Shown: one piece after another, positions 49,301 to 60,004 of the stretch
Layout: every line of letters starts with the position of its first letter
Position numbering within the stretch: the first letter of the stretch is position 1
Source: Macrostomum lignano
Taxonomy: Eukaryota
DNA length: 64,000 nucleotides
Direction of reading: 5' to 3'
Assembly (NCBI GenBank): GCA_002269645.1
Contig: NIVC01000952.1
Coordinates: 114,758 to 178,757 of the forward strand
Position numbers and translations under genes: made by a program
The notes under the pieces: generated by a model
Database searches by the model: none
What the model saw: only the letters and a program-made list of their open reading frames with translations
What the model was told of the DNA's origin: nothing

Positions 49301-52300
49301 CGTGTGAGAATAAAGACCCCGAAGCATAAAGAAAAGTAATAGGTTTGTATAAAATACCGTCGATATTTGATCCAACAGCAATTGTAGGCCTGAACTTAAA
49401 ATAGACAGAATGCCTTTATGAAGCTTTCCGTCTTGGTAGTCCAACGGTAAAATGAGAAGAGCGTTGAATTGCTGTAAAGGAAAAATTAACGCTTGAATTT
49501 TAGGTTCAGGTTTAGGTTTAGGTTTAGGTTCAATTTTAGGCTCTTATAGCATAGAAATATGTTTCACCTCTAACAGCACGGTAACTGTAACTGCGTTGCG
49601 CTTCAAAAATTCACAATGATAATCCACCAGAGCCTGCAAAAGCTTTTTAAGTTCATCTTTAGCGCGCTGCTTTTCATTTTCAGACAGCATCTCGCGACGT
49701 TTCTGTCCATCCCGTTGGCCGGCTGTCAAGTAGCGCATTAAAACAAAGCGAACAGATTTGAAACTCAAACCAACGGCCAGCGCCTCCATTCTTACTGAGC
49801 GAAGCGGCATCCTTAAAACGGCATTAGCGAGCTCAAAGCCGATGAAAAGGAATGCTCTAGGTGACGTCACCAGTAGAGTATTACCCGAAAGTTCATCAAG
49901 GATGGCCTACAAATTTTAAGTAGCTAAGCTTGATTATTTGTGTTTCAGTCCGGGTTTATATTCATTCGCTCTCTTCTCAAACTCACAATAATTTGTTCAA
50001 AATGGCCGGTTTGGTGCATCGGAATTTTGCTCTGCAAAATACAGGCAGCAACGGCCAGCTTCACCTCCAGGGAGAGATGCCGCAGCTTCAGCAGTTCCGG
50101 CAGAGCATCGTCTCTCGTGAGTGCGGCGCAAAGTCGGCCCAGCAGAGGATCGACCCGACCGTACTTGGACAGAAATGAGTCCAGCCAAACCAAGTTGTAC
50201 CTAGCGAATATTAATGGGTAGAATGGAATAAATATTCATATCCATCAGGTGGGATCAGATAGTAATGCTATTACCATTTATGGTAATCATCGCAGAGGTC
50301 CCTGTAGGAACTTGTTCGAATATAATATAAAATAGTATAGCATTTCCCAGTCAATTTGGTCCTAGAAGCACTCAATTTAATCCGCAATAGAGAATTCCAA
50401 TTCATTCCGCTGTCACTAGAGATATGTCTATGGCCAAGTATGCTGTTTCGTTCCACTCAATTTAATCCTTGGGCACTTATTTCGCGTATTCATTTTAAAA
50501 GCCGTTAATAAGCAAGAATGAGTGACTCGGAAAGTAGTCACTACTGACGGAGAAGGAAATCAGGGGCGCGGACCATATGCGAAAGTTGACAATGAGAGGT
50601 ACCGTCTCATCGTGCAAGCTCTTGAGCGTGGAGAGACTCCATCGTCGATTGCTCGGTGGCTAAACATGAAAATTCGAACGGTATACTCAATAAGAAGGCG
50701 ATACGAAACCACTGGCCGCCAAGATGGTCTTCCTAGAGGCGGCTTGCGACACGAAAAACTTGGAGAGATGCACACAAACACGCTGCTGCAAATGTTGGAG
50801 GAAAATCCACTTTTAACGCTGAGTCAAATGCAACATGAGCTTCAACAATCTCATCGTTGTTAGCAGAAGTTAGAAAAAGTACGATCGCTCGGAAGCTCGA
50901 CAAGCAATTGTTTACGATGAAGTGCTTGGTAAGGGCTTGCTTCCGGCAGTCAAAGTCGAGCTAGATGGTCCACCTCCACAAATGACTCTGTGTCAATGGG
51001 GAATCACTGTGCTAATCCGGATCGCCGAAGAATCGACTGGCGTGGTTACGGCTGCGAAATGCGGCGGATGGGACCGCCAAATGATGCGCTTCATTCCTAG
51101 ATGCATTGCGGGTGACCCCATTTTATAACTTTGATGATGTTGTTTCTGATGCCTGTTCAGGTTTCCTTTTTTGTTACTGTTACTGTTTTCCTTGTTTTGT
51201 TTTGTCGACTAAATTATGGTAAATTTATTCCAGCTTCATTCTGAAAAACTTAATGCTTACAAATCAATGCGTCAATCTCTTTTCTTTAAAAGTAAGAGCT
51301 TTTAAAATGAATACGCGAAATAAGTGCCCACAGGATTAAATTGAGTGGAACGAAACAGCATACTTGGCCATAGACATATCTCTAGTGACAGCGGAATGAA
51401 TTGGAATTCTCTATTGCGGATTAAATTGAGTGCTTCTAGGACCAAATTGACTGGGAAATGCTATACTTTATACACCATAAAGGCCGTTTAATTATTCCTA
51501 GTCTATGGTTAAAAGTCTATGGCTTCCTTCCAGTCATAAAAAATTCATGGAAGACTTTTTATAGAGCTTATGACTGCTAAAAATGTCTCCATCATGACCA
51601 TAGATTTGCATTTGACCATACAACGGCCTCGTGTCTTGAGTGTTTTTACACCTTCAATTTCATAACCTGCTATCCGGAGGTCTCAAAGTGAGCAATTCCA
51701 CAAAGGCAACGCAGTACTCAATACCGCACATACTCATAATTGTACTCATATGCAGAAAAATAAACAAAGCTTACCTGAGTCTTTTAATTTGGTGGCAAAA
51801 GTTATCGGTCAACCGATGCAGGCCCCACCAATTTCGGTCAGTAATGCTGGGTATTTGACTATACACTTCGTCGATGCCATCAGAACCCCAGGGTTTTACA
51901 TTCAACAGTAGAATATGATAGGCCGGAGCCACATACAAGTACTCAAGCAGATTGACATCGCCTTCTCCAACAATTTTCAGCGCTTCTTCGAAATCAGCAA
52001 TCGTTTCTCTGAAATGTGATTTCCATATATCTGCGACACTTAAAAAGCTCAACTGCTTTCACTATGTATAATGACGGTCAAAATTATGAAAAGAAAACTG
52101 AAATAAAATCAAATCAGAACTTTATTGTGGCTCAAAAACACGAAAAACCTTGCCGACTGGCTCACGGTCTGGCTCACCGTAATCCCCACCCCTCGCTAGC
52201 AAAGTACATTGAGCGAGATTGAGAGACACCAAAACAACTTAACCTAGCCTCCGCCCCGCCCCCGGTGCGCACACAGGCCAAGTTACCAAAAAAACGGTTA

Positions 52301-54855
52301 CATAGTCGTTGTCTCACAATCAAGTGTGTTAAGTTGCTTCAGAAGTCGTAACCTACCATGGGGTAGTAAAGCCGATTCTACAAAAAGTGTTGACTCTTCA
52401 GCACTTCTGTACTACGAGTACATGTAGCGGTTGCTCCATCGGGCCAAGAGGTGGAAACGGTGACCTTCCAAAGTTTAACCGTCCAAGAGACGGTTTAAGT
52501 TTACAAATGCTCATCGTCTATGGGTAAGGGGCATGCATGAGGAGGGCGTAGCCTAGTGGTCTAGTGCGGCGTATGATGTTCCAGCGGCCCAGGCGATCAA
52601 GTGCAGTCACATTAATTTGAGGCTACATTTGAATCTTGGCTTGGCTCTGCTCGTGCAATAATGGCCTTGAGAGCAAACTCCCAAGGCGCAGTGTACATGC
52701 CTAACGATAAATAAAGTTATGACCGCTGTACACTCCTGTGTGAGTGTGTGCCTGTTGCGTATGACTGCGTACGTATCCACGCGCTTGTGTGCCTGCTCAG
52801 GGGAGTCGGCGGAATGGGCAGTAACGCCTTTCACTGATTGTGACAATATCACTTAAGTGCGTTAAGGGTGCACACAGCCCCTGCGTCTTACAAGCTCATA
52901 CCATTGTAGACACTATCATTATGTGAAAGTTGTGACTATTTTCGACAACGATAAGGATGTTTAGTGCATAGGAAATAGAGCACTAGTCAAACTGGCATTT
53001 CTACCTTGCGATTTCTGTTTGACGTTTCCAGTCAATCGGAGGCAAGATCAGTTTCAGCAGAATCTTCAAATTGTTTTGTTGAATTCCTGACGCCAGATTT
53101 GCAGATCCAGTTATAGCTCCGTTAAAGACTAGAAAAATAAACAAGTCGATGTTTCGCAACCATTTTTCCCAGCTCCGGTTTTCGTCCGTTGAGAATCCGA
53201 AATCGTCCGGTGATTCGCACAGTCCCGATAGCAGCCTCTCCATTTCCTAAATTAAAAATCATTAAGTCATGTATTCAACCCAAAAGAGATTTAAAAGTTA
53301 GCGTATGATGTTTTCGTTAAACTCACCTCTTGCTTCATTCGTTCTTGTTGAAAATCTTTGCGACGAAGTTTTGGGTCGTTAAGCCGCGCTTGAGCAGCCT
53401 TTAGAACAGTTTTCGGTGGCAGTCTCTTTAGCTCATCGAGCGCACTGTCCACGAGAAGGCGAAGCTGCAGTTTGTATTCATCGTCCATACTTCTGGATGG
53501 GGTCTTCGACGGGGTTGGCGAGGTCACCAGAGCATCAAGCTGCAGCAGGTGCTGCTGTGTTCCATCATGTTTCATCAGCCGGATGCCGGCCTCCTCTTGA
53601 CAAGTTGACGTCGAGCTTTTTTCAACCGCGTACCTGTACTCCAAACCGTCCTTCAGCAGTTTCTTGGGTAGCAAAAATGACGAGCGCCAGTAGCTTAGCC
53701 CAGTATTTTGATGGTTCTGGTCGATGAGGCACTCTTGCTTGAAAACGAACGGACTCTTTGCCGGGTTGTCATTTCCAAGTTCGTGCTTTTTGAATACTAT
53801 CAATACTCTGTCAGTTCCGGGATCGAATTCAAAGGATCCATTATCCAGATAGCAGTTGAGAATAACCTCTAGTAGCGGCTCATTGGGATAATCTTTCTTA
53901 ACGAGCTTCAAATAATCAGTCGGCCTGGGGTTTTTCTCTGGAACTTCATCTGGCTTTACTTCGTCAGTGTCTATCGCTTTGGTGCCCCGGTTGACCGGTC
54001 CCGAATCCTTGACACTCGGCAGCAGACTGGAGTGATTATTGGCTTCTTCGCTACCTGGATCATAAATATTTGATGCTTTTTTACTACTATCAGCAGTAGG
54101 CATACTCGTCGCCTCCTTGGTTTGCTCAGCTGGTTTCGGCTGTGGTGCCCGCTTCTTCTTCCGGCTTGACTTACGTTGATTAGCTGGCTGATTAGTCGTC
54201 AAGTCCTGGGACATTCTGGGTTGCATTTCGATTTCAAACTTGGTCGGCTGGCCGGGTTCAGGAGCATAGGGTAGCGATTTCTCCTGGGTGGAATTATCGA
54301 TTCTGTCTGGCGGCGGCTTTTTTGTTAGGCTCGGGTTGACCAGTGAGAATGACAAATTTGACACATCTATCGGCAAGTCTGCACCGGTCTTTGCCGTCGC
54401 TGGGGCTTCCTGTTGCGCTTCCGGTTTTGATTCAGTCTGTCCAACTTCTGTAGTCACGGTCGATTGAGGCGCACTAATATTTGTGGGTGTAGCATCTCTT
54501 GACTGAGTTCCAGTTGGGGCCGCCGCGGAGGTTACTGAACTTGACTCGCCCCGATTTGGCAGCTGCAAGCAACTTCGAAAGTTCTTTGCTTTCCACATTC
54601 TGAGCAAAACTTGCTACCAAGGCTTTTTGCTGGTGTCTTGCAATTTTTGCATGTCTTTTGACACTTTTCGTTGGAATGATCGCACATTGCAGCATCACCG
54701 CAGATGCCGCACGAGTAGTCAAATGGGTCTTCAGTTGAACATGCAGTGCATCTCGGATCACCTAGCGCGATTAACTCCTGGCAGCCGGCACTCAGGCACT
54801 TTTTGCGCAGCTTCTTGAACGGGTGCTCGCATCCGCCTCCGCTGTTGAAGCTCAT
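34332..54855 (-). CDS. RNF213: RNF213/mysterin-like giant AAA+ ATPase / E3 ubiquitin ligase (multi-exon, frameshifted in this sequence)
   Basis: Signature motifs: WITSDRSGMGKS, VLMGETGCGKTKL, LFFDEVNT, FVVGKPGSSKS, VILDEVGL, FIGISNWALDPAKMNR, IFGSSFPKD, VDLGLGTHRLKCKV, DLQSKLMLIAG. Also RING, RZ finger, and a C-terminus resembling the mammalian CTD ending at TGA 34332-34334. The likely start MSFNSGGG is at 54855. Confidence 0.93.
36530..37051 (-). other. RNF213: RZ finger of RNF213, split by introns
   Basis: GTRAY + micro-exon 37017-37051 (ACPNGHPYYIAN) + exon from 36628 (CGQAMQLARCPDCGSAIGGQKH), phases compatible. Confidence 0.9.
37545..37920. repeat. ~42-46-bp minisatellite in an RNF213 intron
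   Basis: tgtgtgctgtggggtggctgatcttcagtgtccggtgtatac-like units. Confidence 0.9.
39200..39345 (-). other. RNF213: RING domain of RNF213
   Basis: CYRC-x11-C-QE-H-L-C-RD-C-x13-CC-x6-CSC in the frame upstream of track ORF 38563-39264. Confidence 0.75.
50338..51463 (+). mobile_element. Deleted Tc1/mariner-IS630-like transposon in an RNF213 intron
   Basis: ~160-bp TIRs (50338-50499, 51300-51463) flanked by TA. The ORF gives an HTH-type N-terminus (SSIARWLNMKIRTVYSIRRRYETTG...EENPLLTLSQM...STIARKL); the DDE domain is absent. Confidence 0.85.
52543..52860 (+). mobile_element. Putative tRNA-headed SINE
   Basis: A-box TAGCCTAGTGG at ~52548 and a degenerate B-box; its 3' segment 52776-52824 is identical over 49 bp to 58801-58849. 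Confidence 0.5.
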
Positions 54856-54989
54856 TTCCTGTCTGCAATCAAGTTCGAGAGGTCGGTGATGGCAGCGGTT
54901 GGCTTGGTGCACTAGATAAATATTTGAAGTAACTTTTACTGCAAGTAGTAAAGCAGCGCTTCTTTGTAATAAAAATAAAAAATCCTAGC

Positions 54990-55256
54990 TAAGTTGCTTA
55001 CACCTGCCCTAATAGAAACGACAGCTCAGCCGAAGCTATTGCGCGGCGCATATGAAGGCTGCGTACGGCTGTTCAGTCCATCGCCACACACGCCCTCATT
55101 TACCCCCCAGCTAATGCTGGCACCCATTTTACAGCTGGGTGAACTGAAGCAAAGCAGAGTTAAGTGTCTTGCTCAAGGACACATTGTTTCGAGTAGGTTG
55201 AGAATCGAACCCCCGACCTTTCAGTGGTAAGTCCGACGCCCTAACCACTAGGCTTC
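54990..55256 (-). mobile_element. tRNA-derived SINE with CORE/MIR-like central motif
   Basis: Minus strand: gcctagtggttagggcg (A-box), gggttcgattc (B-box), then gtgtccttgagcaagacacttaac, resembling the conserved SINE core. Confidence 0.8.
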
Positions 55257-55870
55257 AACCCCATTTGAACTTTTAAATAATCACCTTCATATGTTGCGGA
55301 CACGAGCCGCCTCAAGGGACACAGTTACATGCAAATATCACATGCAAAGTCTAAGTTCGAGTTCAACTAAGAGAATCGCTAGCAACCCGGAGTTATAAAA
55401 AATTAAAAAATTGTCTAAATTACCTCACAGCTAAATTTTCTTGCTCCAGTGCGCATAATAGCTGCAATTTAAGCTCAGAACTGCGCTGAGCACAGTTCGT
55501 ACACAATTAAAATGGCGAGAGTTTAAGCTTCAAGCTAAAGGCAAGAAATGAGCAGTGCTAACAAATTCCATTCTTCTGCTGAGAGCTGGAATTTTCCGTT
55601 GTGTTTTATAGTTTAGATATAAGTGCGCCTGCATCGCGCCAGATCCCTGCAGCTCGATGATAAAGCATTTTAACCTTTTCGCGCCGGAGCTAGAAATACA
55701 AAAGCTCCGTTCCTGCCGACATGATCAGCAGGGCTGGCCATAGACTATAGCTAGCTAGAATCTTAATGCGCCCCCCTGTGCAAAGCCTTTCTAGCCGAGA
55801 AGGTAGCATTTTATACTTGGCTTGGACAAATCTTGGGTCGAAAAAAGCAGTTTCAAAGTGCATTTCACTT

Positions 55871-56084
55871 AATGGTAGATTTATCTCTAGGTTTCGAGTG
55901 CGTAAATAGTCTATGGCACGAGTGCGCTAACGCATTCTAACGCGCACTCGTGGCAAGACTATTTACGCACGAAGGAACCTAGTGATAGATTCATTGATTT
56001 ATGAGCAAAGCATTCTTCTGGTTTTAGCCATAGACATAGATAGATAACGCGACTGTGCAGTAAATCCCAAGCCGTGCAGTAAAT
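55871..56084. repeat. Dispersed hairpin-containing repeat, copy 2
   Basis: Matches 13481-13668 with an extra nested palindrome cacgagtgcg...cgcactcgtg. Confidence 0.85.
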
Positions 56085-56086
56085 AG

Positions 56087-56512
56087 TATAGTATTTGTCA
56101 TGCTATCTCAGCCTAGAGACATCCAAACTCAGCCAGCCCATCTCGACAGTGCGATTTTTTACGTAAGCCAGTCAAGTTTTACCATAGACATGCTTCTTGG
56201 GGCCATGCTATCTCAGCCTGGGACATGCAATCTCAGCCACTTTTCAGATGCTATGTCAAGCTGTCCGTGGCTTAGTCTGTGATCGAAGCAAATGAAACAG
56301 AATGAGAGCAACAAGCGACGAAGACGAAGCGAGAAGTGTTTGCAATTGAAATCTATATTGGCTGAGATTGCATGTCCCAGGCCGAGATAGCATGGCCCCA
56401 AGAAGCATGTCCATGGTAAAAGTCGACTAGCTCGAGCCAAAAAAACGCATTGCGGAATGGGACTGGCTGAGTTTGGATGTCTCTAGGCTGAGATAGCATG
56501 ACAAATACTATA
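56087..56512. mobile_element. ~425-bp foldback MITE
   Basis: Outer IR tatagtatttgtcatgctatctcagcc.../...ggctgagatagcatgacaaatactata; inner IR ~56179-56240 / ~56358-56417; TA at both ends. Confidence 0.85.
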
Positions 56513-57399
56513 TGTAGTGTAAATGTTGATAAATTGAAAGTGAATTTTTTGCGGATTGTAAGTGAATTTTAAGTGAATTGTAAATAGATTGTCAGTGAAT
56601 TTTAAGTGGATTGTAAATGGATCGTAAGCAAAATTTATAATTAGTCGCCAATGCAGAACTTACATGCTCTGTTTCGAGCGTTTTTTGATGCCTTTTGAAT
56701 AAAGTTGATGCCCGTTTTTATGGCTTCTTCAAGCTTGGAAAAGCAATTGAAAGGTAAATATGAAGCTTTTTAACCCTGCATGAGAGCCCCCAATAGGTAC
56801 CAAATGCGTGGTTTCTATGTATTGCGCGAATGGATGTACATACGGCATACATCCGACAATAAATGTACTTAAGCTTCGTTTTCCAATGTAAATTCATGCT
56901 CGTTAAACAGGGCCAGTCTTCAAGAAGAATGCTGTGAACAGCATTTTCAAGAACAAATTTAAGAGCGCAGCTTGATTTGTGCCTCATCACTGTAATGTAA
57001 TGTACCCGCGGAGGGGGGGGGGTGGCGCGCAAAGCCACGACGTGAAGGCATGCGGCTAAAGCGACTACCTTTCTTTAGGCGAGAGCCAAATTACTAACTC
57101 CAGTGGCAATTAACTATACGTGAATTTAGGCCCAACCTAGGTGCAAAACCGTAGCTAGAGGATTCGAGTATAGCTTATTAAGAAATTGCTAAAGTCTCCA
57201 ATCTCAACGTAAAACATCACGTTTCTGTTTTATGATCCAGGTGAGTGTATACTCTGACCTTAACAGCTTATGCGGCCAGTATCAGGCTCCGGAATCTGGC
57301 TCCCTGGATCTTAGCCGGGGAGCTTCTCAGTTGCTAGTGGACGGGCCAGTAAGGGCTTAAGCCAACCCCAGGTCGCTATTCTGTTGGCTGGCTGTTAGG

Positions 57400-58800
57400 T
57401 TTGGAGTTGTGGCCTAGCAGCCTCTCACCTTAGTCCCCATTTGCCTTTCAGCGACTCATGGAGTATTCTATTGCCTCCAACGCGTCCCTTAATGCTGCTG
57501 GAATGCCAACCGAGGTTGGTACCGCGGCTCATCAGACGATTGTTGCACTGAAACTTCGGTGCCCTTCACTTCGACAACCCTGCCGCCACTCAGGAATAAC
57601 ACCAAAGCACCTGAAAAAACAGGGCGGGCCCAACATATCTAAGTAGAATCGTTGGGTGCCAACAAAGCTTCTGGTGCGGCTAGCTCCTCCCGTGGCGGGA
57701 CTGTGGGACCTCTGCTCGTGAACAAACTCCCACGACTGTAGAGGAATCCAAAGCAGGGCGTACTGGCCAATCCACAAAGTCGAAGCGCACCTATACGGCT
57801 ATGGCCAGAGGCAACCGGCCCGGATTATTCAAGGCCAGAAGACGCCCCTTTCGACCAAACAGTCCGACCGACCAAGGTTGGGCTCCCACCTCGTCAAGCG
57901 GCACCGTGCTCCAAGTCGTGAAGATGAGCATCAAAGAGCAAGCTTGGCAGCGGCTCCTCGAGATGCAGCTGAAAGCCTTCGACTGAGAGAGGACGAGCGA
58001 CGCCGGCCACACCGACAGGGTCCCTCGGGCTCCATCACTAACGCCGACGTACTGCGTTAGTAATCAATCCCGACCTGTCGTCAAATCTTTTTGTCAGAGG
58101 GGAGGCAATGAAGACCACCCGCCGTCTGCTTGACGCGGGTGTCCCCACCCAGAAGCAGTTTGTTTTCAGAAAGCAGAACCTCCAGCCTGCGAGACCTGGA
58201 AGCAGCGGGAGGCCTGATGACCCTCTCGGATGGAATCCCGTCCACGCTCTGCCCTCCGCTCAAATTCAAAACCAGCATTCCACCATGTCAGGAAGGAAGG
58301 GACAACTAGAAAGCCCCGTGGAATCCACTGCTTCACTGACGAGTCCCAAATCAATTCCGCTTCTGGCTACGGCTACTGCATCGTGTCTGGAAGGGGAACC
58401 GAGGTAAACTTCTCCCTGCTTCACCGTTTTCCAAACGAAGTTCTCGCCAACAGCTGCTGCGCCATGGATCTGTACAATCAGCGTGCTGGGGGGAAGATTA
58501 CCCTCCACTCGGACAGTCAAACGGTGATCCACGCCGTTAAGCGCACCACCACCTGCTCGCGTACAATCATCGAGGCGCCTTCAACAAGGTGTCTCTAAGA
58601 TTGATCCCCGGGCGCTCGGGCCACCCCGGCAACGAGTTGGCCGATCGCCTGCCAAGGCTGGCTCGACCGGGTCCTTTATTGGTCCCTTGTCTGTGGCCTC
58701 ACCCCCATCGCCCTTGTCACCACTCGGATCAACCAGTGGGAGGCATCTAAGCACAGGAAGAGGTGGGCCCCGACTGCCGGCAATCCCCTGTCCTTTTCCC
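57400..58800 (+). mobile_element. Degraded RNase H-bearing LINE
   Basis: GIHCFTDES, TLHSDSQ and GNELADRL motifs with frameshifts; GIHCFTD is shared with the LINE at 30.1-31.4 kb. The 5' boundary is approximate. Confidence 0.75.
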
Positions 58801-60004
58801 TCCACGCGCTTGTGTGCCTGCTCAGGGGAGTCGGCGGAATGGGCAGTAATGCCTCGCGCCAGTTGTGTGACAATGTCGCCTAAAGTGCGCCATCAGATAA
58901 AAAGTAAGTTTTAATCGCTTTTATCAAGCAAGTGCATCTTTAAAAAATGAACCATGAAGTTTGAAAAAAAACTGGTAACTAAAGGACTCCAGAACTAAAA
59001 ATTCGTTCTGAATCTTCTACGTACTTACAAGTATATCGGCTAGTAGTACCATTGTATTTATTATTTCTTTTTTGGCAGAAGAGGGAAAAGTAGAGAGAAG
59101 ATTCGCAAGTACGAGCTAACTGAAATTTAGCTCGTATTTTAAAAAACGCTTTTGCACAGAGACAAATTAAAGTGTCACAGAAGGTGCTTATCACTCGTTC
59201 GTTAAAACTTGAAGAATCATAGAGGCCTTATTGAGACCCAACGTTTTTTTAATTAAGCTTCAAATTAATTTTTTCGTCATTTGAATCTTTTGAGTATACT
59301 CATACGAGTAATTCTTAACACAGCACACATGAAAAGAGGAAAATAAGGCTATCACAAAGTCCTAAAAATTTTCTTGGATAATTTTTTATAATTCATTGAG
59401 TTCCATAGATTCATTGCAAACGCTAATAAAATTAACTGTCTAAGTGCTGGCTCTAAAACTACTCTTGTAAAAACACACGCGACGAAATATTGAAGTATTT
59501 GTTATAGTACACATCGATAAAAAGATGAAAAGGCTCGAATTTTTAAAAGGCACAGAAAAAATGCGCAGGATAGAGACAGGTTACACTCACGACAATGTAG
59601 CAAGATCTGCATTTTTGCTCAGAACACTTGAGCAGCCTCTTGACTAGACCAAATGTCAATCGTAGTGAATCGATTTTGGTGAACATATCAGTAATAATTT
59701 TGGCAAAAGTTCGATCTGACAACAAAATTATGGTGCCTCAATATAAGTACAATTTTACAATTAAAGTTTAACCATAGATTCATCCATGGACTGAAACAGT
59801 TCGTATCAATTTCGGTGTCTTAAACATCCTGCACAAAGTCGCAGGCGGTGATCGCAAGGCGATCAGAATTTAACAGTCAAGTATTTTGTTAATTACATTG
59901 CTGTGTGGACTTAAATTTTATGCTTAGACTTAAACCTGTAACTTCATCTTAAAAACAATCATTCGATGATAAAAATCTTGTCAAACATCGCTTCGGTAAA
60001 ACTG

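Noticed and set aside
49500-49540. (TTTAGG)n telomere-like stretch
   Set aside because: Only a few intronic units, and not the TTAGGG metazoan repeat.
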